This document shows positions 26,895 through 35,142 of a stretch of DNA of 63,881 nt, piece by piece. Position 1 is the first letter of the stretch. Each line of letters opens with the position of its first letter. This DNA comes from Candidatus Omnitrophota bacterium (GTDB lineage: Bacteria > Omnitrophota > Gorgyraeia > Gygaellales > Profunditerraquicolaceae): contig JAHJCJ010000052.1 in the NCBI GenBank assembly GCA_018812825.1, positions 1 through 63,881 on the forward strand, written 5' to 3'. A model generated the notes under the pieces. The model had not been told where the DNA came from and ran no database searches. It was given only the letters and a program-made list of their open reading frames with translations. A program made the position numbers and the translations under genes.

Positions 26895-26919
26895 AGATTG
26901 GCGAGGTAGGAACAACACC
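26895..26919 (+). repeat. TCCTACC...GGTAGGA hairpin downstream of fabF
   Basis: 7-bp stem with an 11-nt loop. Same arm sequence as the hairpin at 25559-25584. Confidence 0.55.
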
Positions 26920-26957
26920 CAATAATTAAATGATAATTTAATATCTCAAAGTTTGTT

Positions 26958-28214
26958 ATGCCTTATACAATAGCAGAGAAAATCTTATTAAAGCATTCAG
27001 GGCAAAAGTCAATTAAGCCTGGTGAATTTATCCAGGCTAAAGTTGATGTTGCTTTGGCTAATGATATTACTGCTCCTTTAGCTATCTCGGAGTTTAAAAA
27101 ATCCGGTTTTAAACATGTTTTTAGTAAAAATAAGATTGTATTAGTTCCAGATCATTTTGCCCCGGCTAAAGATTTAAAAAGCGCTAACCAATGTAAGGTT
27201 TTGGCTGATTTTGCCAAAGAGCATGGGATAAAGAACTATTTTGAAATTGGACGTATGGGGATTGAGCATGCGCTGCTTCCTGAAAAAGGGATTGTTTTGC
27301 CCGGCGACCTGGTTATTGGCTCGGATTCACATACTTGTACTTATGGCGCGCTGGGTATTTATGCCACCGGTATGGGGTCAACGGATTTGGCCCGTGCTTA
27401 TATTGATGGGAAATGCTGGTTAAAGGTTCCGGCTTCTATAAAGTTTATATATAAAGGGAAGTTAAGGAAATGGGTTTCAGGCAAAGACCTGATTCTTTAC
27501 ACCATAGGCCAGATTGGTGTAGATGGGGCTTTATATAAGATAATGGAGTTTTGCGGCCCGGTAATCCGGAAATTAGGTATGGATGACAGATTTGCTATAT
27601 GTAATATGGCTATTGAAGCTGGAGCAAGGGCAGGCTTAATTGAGCCGGATAATAAGACTAAGAAATTTGTCGCAGGTTTTAAGCGCAAGCCTAAATTTTA
27701 TTATTCTGACGCGGACGCCAATTATGAGCAGATATACGAATGGGATGTTACGAAACTTGAGCCGCAAGTCAGCTGTCCGCATTTGCCTAGTAATGTTAAG
27801 CCAGTCAGTAGCTTGAAAAATGTAAAGATTGATCAGTCGGTTATTGGCTCATGTACCAATGGCCGGATTTCAGATTTGCGGATCGCGGCTTCTTTGCTTA
27901 AAGGTAAAACTGTGGCAAGGCGAGTGAAGTTAATAGTCTTTCCGGCAACGCAAAAGATTTATTTGCAAGCAGTAAAAGAGGGGCTGGCAGAGATTTTTGT
28001 TAAGGCCGGTGGCGTATTTTCGACCCCGACTTGCGGGCCATGCTTAGGCGGACATATGGGGATTCTAGCTGATGGCGAGATAGCTATTGCTACTACCAAT
28101 AGGAACTTCTTGGGGAGAATGGGTAGCCCTAAATCATTTGTGTATCTTTCTAACCCAGCAGTAGCTGCAGCTTCGGCAATAACCGGCAGGATTACACATC
28201 CTGCGGCTCTCTAG
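26958..28214 (+). CDS. leuC: 3-isopropylmalate (or homo-)aconitase-type dehydratase, large subunit
   Basis: 418 aa, short archaeal-type LeuC/HacA. DSHTCTYGALG and CGPCLGG Fe-S ligand motifs. Confidence 0.85.
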   Translation: MPYTIAEKILLKHSGQKSIKPGEFIQAKVDVALANDITAPLAISEFKKSGFKHVFSKNKIVLVPDHFAPAKDLKSANQCKVLADFAKEHGIKNYFEIGRMGIEHALLPEKGIVLPGDLVIGSDSHTCTYGALGIYATGMGSTDLARAYIDGKCWLKVPASIKFIYKGKLRKWVSGKDLILYTIGQIGVDGALYKIMEFCGPVIRKLGMDDRFAICNMAIEAGARAGLIEPDNKTKKFVAGFKRKPKFYYSDADANYEQIYEWDVTKLEPQVSCPHLPSNVKPVSSLKNVKIDQSVIGSCTNGRISDLRIAASLLKGKTVARRVKLIVFPATQKIYLQAVKEGLAEIFVKAGGVFSTPTCGPCLGGHMGILADGEIAIATTNRNFLGRMGSPKSFVYLSNPAVAAASAITGRITHPAAL

Positions 28215-28248
28215 CGTTGCCAGCAGGGGATGTTCCGCGATAAGTATT
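28214..28248 (+). repeat. Conserved intercistronic element, copy R1
   Basis: GCGTTGCCAGCAGGGGATGTTCCGCGATAAGTATTA, starting at the leuC stop codon. Confidence 0.6.
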
Positions 28249-28265
28249 ACTTGGGAGATTAGTGT

Positions 28266-28781
28266 ATGCCTTTAAAAGGCAGGGTTCATAAGTTCAGCGA
28301 TGATATAAATACCGATGATATTATTGCGGCTAAATACCTGGTTTCAGCTGATGCTCAGGAATTAGGCAAGCACTGTATGGAAACCATAAGAGTTGATTTC
28401 TCCCGGGCTGTCAGCCCGGGAGATATAATTGTTGCTGGGAGTAACTTTGGCTGCGGCTCAAGCCGTGAGCATGCTCCTTTAGCGATTAAGGGGTGTGGGG
28501 TTTCTGCGGTGATTGCCAAGAGTTTTGCTGCTATTTTTTTCAGAAATGCCATAAATATTGGTTTGCCGTTTTTAGAGTCCGCAGATGTAGATAAGATTAA
28601 TGATGGGGATGTTGTTGAAATAGACTTAGCAACAGGTGTGATTAATAATATAACGCAGAATAAACTATATAAAACACAGGCTTTTCCACCATTTTTGGAG
28701 GGGATAGTTAAGGTGGGGGGGTTAATGAATTATTTAAAGCGTTGCCAGCAGGGTGTCCCGCAACAAGATAAGCATAGATAG
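28266..28781 (+). CDS. leuD: 3-isopropylmalate dehydratase small subunit (C-terminal 14 codons read through repeat R2)
   Basis: GSNFGCGSSREHA motif. The tail RCQQGVPQQDKHR is encoded by the repeat element. Confidence 0.85.
   Translation: MPLKGRVHKFSDDINTDDIIAAKYLVSADAQELGKHCMETIRVDFSRAVSPGDIIVAGSNFGCGSSREHAPLAIKGCGVSAVIAKSFAAIFFRNAINIGLPFLESADVDKINDGDVVEIDLATGVINNITQNKLYKTQAFPPFLEGIVKVGGLMNYLKRCQQGVPQQDKHR
28739..28775 (+). repeat. Conserved intercistronic element, copy R2 (inside the leuD 3' end)
   Basis: GCGTTGCCAGCAGGGTGTCCCGCAACAAGATAAGCAT. The preceding codon is AAG where R1 has the TAG stop. Confidence 0.6.
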
Positions 28782-28792
28782 GGAGATGAAAA

Positions 28793-29845
28793 ATGTATAA
28801 AATAGCGGTTATTCCGGGAGATGGGACAGGTCCAGAAGTAGCTCGTGAAGGGCTGAAGGTTTTAGAACAAGCCAGCAAGAAATTTGGATTTAAATATGAG
28901 ACAAAAGTTTTTGATTTTGGAGGACAGCGGTATTTAAATACTGGAAAGGTCCTAGAAGATAGCGATATCGTAGAATTGAAAAAATACTCTGCGATTTTCC
29001 TTGGTGCAATCGGTCATCCTGATGTTAAGCCTGGAATTTTGGAAACAGGTATCCTTTTAAAATTAAGATTCGCGTTCGATCAGTATATTAATTTACGTCC
29101 GGTAAAACTTTATAATGCTAAATTTTGCCCTCTTAGGGATAAAAAACCGGAAGATATTGATTTTGTGGTAGTGCGTGAAAATTCCGAAGGTTTATATAAG
29201 GGGATGGGGGAGTTTAAGAGTAAAGGCAGTAGTGACGAGGTGGCTATCCAGATTTCCTATAATACCCGTAAAGGAGTGGAACGTTGTATCCGTTATGCCT
29301 TTGAGTATACGCGCAAGCGTAATAATAAAAAGAAATTGACTCTTTGCGGCAAGACCAATGTTTTGACTTATGCCTGGGATCTTTGGCAGCGCACATTTAA
29401 TGAGGTCGCTGGCGAGTATCCGGATGTAACTACTGATTATGCTCATGTGGATGCTACCACCATGTGGTTTGTGAAGAATCCGGAATGGTTCGATGTAATT
29501 GTTACAGACAATATGTTCGGCGATATTATCACGGATTTAGGGGCGATGATTCAGGGTGGTATGGGTATTGCTGCCGGTGGCAATATTAATCCTCAAGGTG
29601 TATCCATGTTTGAGCCTATTGGAGGAAGCGCTCCAAAGTATACCGGTAAAAATGTAATTAATCCCTTGGCTGCGATTTGCGCTGTTGGTATGATGCTTGA
29701 AAATCTGGGTGAGGCAGAAGCTGCCAAAGCTATTGAGCAGGTGGTAATCGGGATTGTAAATAAGGATTTAAAATCGCTGGCTGCCGGTAAAATGGGCTAT
29801 TCTACTAGTCAAGTAGGTGATTTAGTAATAAAACGCCTAGAATAG
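28793..29845 (+). CDS. leuB: 3-isopropylmalate dehydrogenase family (beta-decarboxylating dehydrogenase)
   Basis: [29 protein letters not shown]. Confidence 0.82.
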   Translation: MYKIAVIPGDGTGPEVAREGLKVLEQASKKFGFKYETKVFDFGGQRYLNTGKVLEDSDIVELKKYSAIFLGAIGHPDVKPGILETGILLKLRFAFDQYINLRPVKLYNAKFCPLRDKKPEDIDFVVVRENSEGLYKGMGEFKSKGSSDEVAIQISYNTRKGVERCIRYAFEYTRKRNNKKKLTLCGKTNVLTYAWDLWQRTFNEVAGEYPDVTTDYAHVDATTMWFVKNPEWFDVIVTDNMFGDIITDLGAMIQGGMGIAAGGNINPQGVSMFEPIGGSAPKYTGKNVINPLAAICAVGMMLENLGEAEAAKAIEQVVIGIVNKDLKSLAAGKMGYSTSQVGDLVIKRLE

Positions 29846-29846
29846 T

Positions 29847-29902
29847 TTTGTTAGCAGGGATTGTCCCCGAAGGGGACTGTCCCGCGACAAGGTAAGTATT
29901 AA
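29847..29902 (+). repeat. Conserved intercistronic element, copy R3, with an inserted hairpin
   Basis: TTTGTTAGCAGGGATTGTCCCCGAAGGGGACTGTCCCGCGACAAGGTAAGTATTAA. Confidence 0.6.
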
Positions 29903-29913
29903 TTGCGGGAGAT

Positions 29914-31071
29914 ATGGAAAAAATGAAAAAATCAAAATATAATGTGGCGGTTATCGGTGCAGGTGTTGTAGGTCTAGAGATGTTGCGGGTTTTAAAGCAG
30001 CGTAACTTTCCGGTTAACCAATTAAAGGTCTTTGCGCGTTCAGCTCGGGATATAAATGTTGATGGCCAGATCTATTCCGTTGAGTCGATCACGCCTGATG
30101 GTTTTAACGGGATTGATATCGCCTTATTTGCTGGTACCGAAGGTGAAAAAGGAGCCGCAGTAACTTTTGCTGCTGAAGCAGTTAAAAGAGGAGCCGTGGT
30201 TATTGATAACGGAGCGGATTTTCGTATGGACCCCAAGGTGCCATTAGTAGTCCCGGAGGTTAATGCCAGGGATTTGAACCTTATTAGAAATTGGCTACTT
30301 GTAAAAAAACACAGGCCAGAAGGCCGTGGTTTGGCTTCTGGTAGCCAAAGCCATAAGGGCATTATTGCCAACCCTAATTGTTCCACCATCCAGATGGTTG
30401 TAGCGCTTAACCCAATACATAAAAAATTCCGCATTAAAAGAATTATTGTTACTACTTTGCAGGCTTCCAGCGGTGCAGGTAAAGGTGCTGTTGAACAATT
30501 AAATAATGAGATTACTCAGATTGCTCAAGGTATGTTCAACAGCGTGCAGGTTAATGTTGCTAATAGATCTATGCCGCAGCAGCTAGCCTATAATTGTTTT
30601 CCGCATATCGGAAGTTTTGCGGAAGGAGACTATACCGATGAAGAGTGGAAGTTAGTTAAAGAAACTCACAAGATTATGCATGCCCCAAAGATCAAGATCT
30701 CGGCTACCACGGTCCGGGTCCCGGTAAGGATAGGGCATTCGGAATCAATTTATATCGAGACTGAGAAAGCGGCCACTCCTTATGAGGCGAGAAAAATTCT
30801 CGCTAATTCTGCCGGCATAATTGTTATTGATGAGCCGAAGAAGAATCTGTATCCTATGCCTAAAGACGTAGAAGGCAAGGATGAGACTTTTGTCGGCCGC
30901 ATCCGTCAGGATGTCTTTAACAAAAAAGGTTTATGGTTATGGGTTGTAGCGGATAACTTGCGCAAGGGGGCTGCTACTAACGCCGTGCAGATAGCTGAAT
31001 GTTTAATTTCAAGCTCGAAATTGAATACGACGGTACGCATTATCATGGCTGGCAGGTGCAAAACAACATAA
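29914..31071 (+). CDS. asd: Aspartate-semialdehyde dehydrogenase, with an internal ~22-aa insertion and a C-terminal extension overlapping truA
   Basis: VVPEVN, IIANPNCSTIQ (catalytic Cys), LRKGAATNAVQIAE. 385 aa, against my recollection of 330-345 aa as typical for the family. Confidence 0.92.
   Translation: MEKMKKSKYNVAVIGAGVVGLEMLRVLKQRNFPVNQLKVFARSARDINVDGQIYSVESITPDGFNGIDIALFAGTEGEKGAAVTFAAEAVKRGAVVIDNGADFRMDPKVPLVVPEVNARDLNLIRNWLLVKKHRPEGRGLASGSQSHKGIIANPNCSTIQMVVALNPIHKKFRIKRIIVTTLQASSGAGKGAVEQLNNEITQIAQGMFNSVQVNVANRSMPQQLAYNCFPHIGSFAEGDYTDEEWKLVKETHKIMHAPKIKISATTVRVPVRIGHSESIYIETEKAATPYEARKILANSAGIIVIDEPKKNLYPMPKDVEGKDETFVGRIRQDVFNKKGLWLWVVADNLRKGAATNAVQIAECLISSSKLNTTVRIIMAGRCKTT
30314..30357 (+). 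repeat. 44-nt imperfect palindrome inserted in frame in asd
   Basis: GGCCAGAAGGCCGTGGTTTGGCTTCTGGTAGCCAAAGCCATAAG. 38 of 44 nt identical to 51196-51239 and 35 of 44 to the reverse complement of 52108-52151. Confidence 0.85.
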
Positions 31072-31760
31072 GGGCCAGTGCGCATTACCAGCCTAAAAAG
31101 ACAATTCAGAATGTTTTAGAGCAGGTGCTTAAAAAGGTCCTGCAGGAAGATATCAAGCTTATTGTTGCCGGCCGCACAGATTCAGGAGTGCACGCTTTTT
31201 CCCAGGTAGCTAATTTTAAAAGTTCCTCTAAAATGTCTTTAGAAAGACTCCGTTGGGCCGCCAATTGCCTATTGCCAGAGGATATCAAGGTAATTCGGAT
31301 AAATAAAGTTGGGCCGGATTTTAACAGTCGCTTTTGCGCAAAATCCAAGATTTACCGTTATACAATCTTAAACCGTAAATATTCATCACCTCTATTGGCG
31401 GCTCGGGTTCATTTTTTTTATCATCCTTTAGATGTAAGGTTAATGCGCAGTGAAGCTAAAATTCTTTTGGGTAGACATAACTTCAAATCTTTTCAGGCTG
31501 CTGAGTTGCGACAGAGGAATCCCGTACGTACTATAAAGAGTATTAAGATAACTAAGGATAAGCACCTGTTGCATATTGATATTGAGGCAGACAGTTTTCT
31601 GTATAACATGGTAAGAAATATTGCTGGTACGTTATTAGAGATCGGCAGGGGAAGGTTTCCTAAGGGCAGTATGCGTAGGATTCTAGAATCGTGTAATCGT
31701 AAGCTTGCTGGGCCGACACTTCCGGGAAAAGGATTGTGTTTAGTTAAAGTTAGGTATTAA
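30999..31760 (+). CDS. truA: tRNA pseudouridine(38-40) synthase
   Basis: FKLEIEYDGTHYHGWQVQ and GRTDSGVHA (catalytic Asp). Confidence 0.92.
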   Translation: MFNFKLEIEYDGTHYHGWQVQNNIRASAHYQPKKTIQNVLEQVLKKVLQEDIKLIVAGRTDSGVHAFSQVANFKSSSKMSLERLRWAANCLLPEDIKVIRINKVGPDFNSRFCAKSKIYRYTILNRKYSSPLLAARVHFFYHPLDVRLMRSEAKILLGRHNFKSFQAAELRQRNPVRTIKSIKITKDKHLLHIDIEADSFLYNMVRNIAGTLLEIGRGRFPKGSMRRILESCNRKLAGPTLPGKGLCLVKVRY

Positions 31761-31768
31761 ATAGAGAC

Positions 31769-31802
31769 AGCGACCGTTTTTCTACAAGGGAAAACGGTCG
31801 CT
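31769..31802 (+). repeat. GC-rich palindrome after truA
   Basis: AGCGACCGTTTT / AAAACGGTCGCT 12-bp stem. No T-run follows. Confidence 0.7.
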
Positions 31803-31828
31803 ATCCCTATTTAAATCGAAAAATTTAT

Positions 31829-31856
31829 TTGACTTTATTCATTAATCTGATATAAT
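31829..31856 (+). promoter_or_regulatory. Strong promoter of rplM-rpsI, with its -10 element 9 nt from the ATG
   Basis: TTGACT, 16-nt spacer, TGaTATAAT (TATAAT at 31851-31856). ATG is at 31866 and no SD is present. Confidence 0.55.
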
Positions 31857-31865
31857 ATTTTTTCT

Positions 31866-32297
31866 ATGAAAAGGACCTATACAGCCAGACCAGAAGACAT
31901 CAAGAGAAAGTGGTATATTGCTGATGCCAAGGGGAAGATCCTTGGTAGGTTGGCAGTTAAGATTGCCGCTATCTTAAGGGGCAAGCATAAGCCGATTTTT
32001 ACTCCACACCTTGATACCGGAGATGGAGTGATTGTGATTAATGCCAGCCAGATCAAGGTTACCGGGCGTAAGCTTAAACAAAAGGTCTATCGCAGATATT
32101 CCGGTTATCCCGGAGGTCTGCGTGAGCTAAAATTAGAAGTGCTTTTAGCTAAAAATCCAACCACGGTTATACGTTTAGCAGTACAAAGGATGCTTCCTAT
32201 CGGGCCGTTAGGCAGGGATTTGATTAAGAAATTAAGGATTTATGCGGATGATAAGCATAAACTGACTGGGGTAAAACCGATTGTCTTGGAGGTTTAA
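31866..32297 (+). CDS. rplM: 50S ribosomal protein L13
   Basis: 143 aa. KWYIADAKGKILGRLA...LRGKHKP. Confidence 0.96.
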   Translation: MKRTYTARPEDIKRKWYIADAKGKILGRLAVKIAAILRGKHKPIFTPHLDTGDGVIVINASQIKVTGRKLKQKVYRRYSGYPGGLRELKLEVLLAKNPTTVIRLAVQRMLPIGPLGRDLIKKLRIYADDKHKLTGVKPIVLEV

Positions 32298-32303
32298 AAA
32301 TAA

Positions 32304-32699
32304 ATGACCGAGTCAACTAAGTATATAGCATTGGGCAGGCGCAAGGAATCAACCGCCAGGGTGATTATGCAGCCCGGTAATGGACAGGTTGTAATTAACG
32401 GTCGTCCTTTTGAGAAATATTTTTTGCGCGAAACCGACCGGATTATTGCTAAGCAGCCTTTGGCGATTACGGAAAGTGCGACTAAGTTTAATATTGCAGC
32501 CAGGCTTAACGGCGGGGGATTAACCGGTCAGGCCGGTGCCTTGCGTTTAGGTATTGCCAGGGCGCTTTTAATTGCGGATTCTAACTTTAAAGATATATTT
32601 CGTAAAAATGGATATTTAACGCGAGATCCGCGTATGAAGGAGCGCAAGAAATACGGCTTAAAAGGTGCGCGTAAGCGCTTCCAGTGGACAAAGAGGTAG
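32304..32699 (+). CDS. rpsI: 30S ribosomal protein S9
   Basis: GRRKES.ARV...GGGLTGQAGA...TRDPRMKERKKYG..GARKRFQWTKR. Confidence 0.96.
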   Translation: MTESTKYIALGRRKESTARVIMQPGNGQVVINGRPFEKYFLRETDRIIAKQPLAITESATKFNIAARLNGGGLTGQAGALRLGIARALLIADSNFKDIFRKNGYLTRDPRMKERKKYGLKGARKRFQWTKR

Positions 32700-32742
32700 G
32701 AGGAACAACGCCTTTTATTTAAAAATAATTTTTTACAAATCG

Positions 32743-32766
32743 TCCCGCTGGAAAGCGGGATTTTTT
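32743..32766 (+). terminator. Rho-independent terminator after rpsI
   Basis: TCCCGCT / AGCGGGA stem with a GGAA loop, followed by TTTTTT. Confidence 0.75.
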
Positions 32767-32893
32767 GTTTATATAAAAATAAAGGCCTATAACTTCCAGA
32801 GATTTTTTTGGGGCTTGAGCAGCGGCATGCTGCAAGGGATAAAATTTGGTAGTACCGGTTAAGGAGATATTTGTTATCCGACGAGAAAAATCC

Positions 32894-32922
32894 TTGACGG
32901 AAGATGGATTTTATTCTAATAT
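32894..32922 (+). promoter_or_regulatory. Candidate promoter of the arg operon
   Basis: TTGACG, 17-nt spacer, TAATAT. Confidence 0.5.
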
Positions 32923-32965
32923 GGTCTAACCGAGTGGGATTAAGGTATAAAGTAGGGAGAACTGA

Positions 32966-34000
32966 ATGATTATTAATGTCGGCATAATCGGCGCAACCGG
33001 GCATACGGGGGAGGTGCTTATTGAGCTCTTACTTAAGCATCCTCATGTCAGGATAAGGCATCTTTTTAATTCCGGAAAAAGCGGCCAAGGCGCTCAAGCT
33101 ATCTCCGATGTGTTTCCAAAATTTAAGCATCGGCTCGAGCTGGTTTGTACAAAACCGGATTGGCTTAAAATTAAGAAAGATTGCGATTTGGTTTTTTTGA
33201 CTTTGCCGCATACCGTATCCATGAAATTTGTGCCAAAGCTTTTAAGTTTGGGTAAAAAGATTATAGACCTAAGCGCTGATTACAGGATCATTAATCCGTC
33301 GGTTTATGAGAAATTTTACAAAGTAATCCATGGGGATAAGGCTAATTTAAAAAATGCGGTTTATGGGTTACCTGAGCTCTATCGGGCAAAAATTAAGACT
33401 GCAAAACTGTTGGCGAATCCAGGATGTTATCCTACTTCAGTAATTTTAGGGGTGGCTCCCTTGCTTGCTGTAAACCTGGTGGACTTAAGCTCTATAATTA
33501 TTGATGCTAAATCGGGTGTAAGTGGCGCAGGCAAGAAGGCGGGGAAAGAATTCTTGTTTTCTGAGATACAGGGAGATTTTCGGGCTTATAAAGTCAATGT
33601 GCATCAGCATTCTCCTGAGATAAACCAGGTGCTCTCAAAACTGTCCGCTAAAAAAGTAAATGTGGTATTTGTGCCGCATCTCTTGCCCATTGAACGGGGA
33701 ATTCTCTCAACTATTTATCTTAAGAAGGCTACTGGAGTCAAACTTAAGGTTAAAAGTATTGCAGATTTATTTAAGAAATTTTACAAGCACGAGCCTTTTA
33801 TTAGGATTAAGCCGGATGGTGTTTTCCCCAGGATCAAGGATGTGGCAAAGACTAACTTTTGTGATATCGGGGTCAAGGATTTTGGCCGCACGATTATTGT
33901 TATTAGTGCGATTGATAATTTATTAAAAGGTGCTTCTAGCCAGGCAGTGCAGAATATGAACATCATGTATAAATTTCCGGAGACTACAGGATTATTATGA
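32966..34000 (+). CDS. argC: N-acetyl-gamma-glutamyl-phosphate reductase
   Basis: GATGHTGEVLIELL, NPGCYPTS (catalytic Cys), DNLLKGASSQAVQNMN. Confidence 0.94.
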   Translation: MIINVGIIGATGHTGEVLIELLLKHPHVRIRHLFNSGKSGQGAQAISDVFPKFKHRLELVCTKPDWLKIKKDCDLVFLTLPHTVSMKFVPKLLSLGKKIIDLSADYRIINPSVYEKFYKVIHGDKANLKNAVYGLPELYRAKIKTAKLLANPGCYPTSVILGVAPLLAVNLVDLSSIIIDAKSGVSGAGKKAGKEFLFSEIQGDFRAYKVNVHQHSPEINQVLSKLSAKKVNVVFVPHLLPIERGILSTIYLKKATGVKLKVKSIADLFKKFYKHEPFIRIKPDGVFPRIKDVAKTNFCDIGVKDFGRTIIVISAIDNLLKGASSQAVQNMNIMYKFPETTGLL

Positions 34001-35133
34001 AGAAAACTTTAAAAGCAATTTTACCGGTAGGATTTAAGGCTAATGGCGTTGTTTGCGGATTAAAGAAATCCGGAAAACTGGATTTAGCTTTATTGTATTC
34101 TGAAATTCCTGCACTGGCCAGCGCAAAATTTACTACTAATAGTATTATCGCCGCTCCGCTTATCGTCTCTAAAAAGCATCTTGAGTCTGCAAAAGAAATT
34201 CAGGCTGTATTGGTCAATAGCGGTAATGCAAATTGTTTTACAGGAAAGGCAGGTATTAAAGATGCTGAAGCAACAGCCAGCTATGTTGCTCAGGCATTAA
34301 AGATTGCTAAGAATAGCGTATTGGTAAATTCAACCGGGATTATTGGTAAGAAACTGGATATAGCAAAGATTAAGCAAGGGATTCCTGAGTTGGTTTCTGG
34401 ATTATCCGGCCCGGGTATACATAAAGCTAAGAAAGCGATTATGACTACAGATACCCTTGCTAAAGAGGTAAGCGTGAGTTTAAAAATTGGCGTAAAATCA
34501 GTGCATATCTGCGGGATTGCTAAAGGCGCGGGTATGATTGCTCCGGATATGGCAACCTTGCTTTGCTTTATTATGACTGATGCTAAGATTACTAAGCAAG
34601 CCTTGGATCAGGCTTTGGACGCTGCCGTGAATAAATCTTTTAATTGTATTTCTGTTGATGGTTGTATGAGTACTAATGATACGGTCTTAGTTCTCGCTAA
34701 TGCAACCGCGGGTAATAGCGTTATTTCCGGCGGTAAAGATTTGCGGGATTTTTCAGAGGCATTAGAGTGCGTTTGTTTGGATTTGGCTAAAATGGTAATT
34801 AGGGACGCAGAAGGAGCCACTAAGTTCATTCAGATTGATGTTTGCCGGGCAAAGAATTATCAGGAGGCAAGAAAGATCGCTTTAAACATCGCAAACTCTG
34901 CGCTTTTTAAGACTGCTGTTTTTGGCGAAAACCCAAACCTTGGCCGGGTAGCGGCAGCTGTGGGCGCCTGCGGGCTTAAGATTAAAGCAAATGGGTTAAA
35001 AATAAGATTAGGTTCATTAAAACAGAAACGGGTAAAGTTAGCTGTGAGTTTATCCCGGGGAAAGGCTAGTGCAACTGTTTATACTGCGGACCTTAGCCCG
35101 GAGTACATAAAGATAAACGCACAGTATAACTAG
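33997..35133 (+). CDS. argJ: Bifunctional ornithine acetyltransferase / N-acetylglutamate synthase
   Basis: KGAGMIAPDMATLLCFIMTDA (self-cleavage site region). 378 aa. Confidence 0.9.
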   Translation: MKKTLKAILPVGFKANGVVCGLKKSGKLDLALLYSEIPALASAKFTTNSIIAAPLIVSKKHLESAKEIQAVLVNSGNANCFTGKAGIKDAEATASYVAQALKIAKNSVLVNSTGIIGKKLDIAKIKQGIPELVSGLSGPGIHKAKKAIMTTDTLAKEVSVSLKIGVKSVHICGIAKGAGMIAPDMATLLCFIMTDAKITKQALDQALDAAVNKSFNCISVDGCMSTNDTVLVLANATAGNSVISGGKDLRDFSEALECVCLDLAKMVIRDAEGATKFIQIDVCRAKNYQEARKIALNIANSALFKTAVFGENPNLGRVAAAVGACGLKIKANGLKIRLGSLKQKRVKLAVSLSRGKASATVYTADLSPEYIKINAQYN

Positions 35134-35142
35134 AGAGGAATA

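Noticed and set aside
32940-32975. ArgR ARG-box near the argC start (TGAATGATTATTAATG).
   Set aside because: It matches the TGAAT-N4-ATTCA consensus on only one half-site and overlaps the start codon. The evidence is insufficient.
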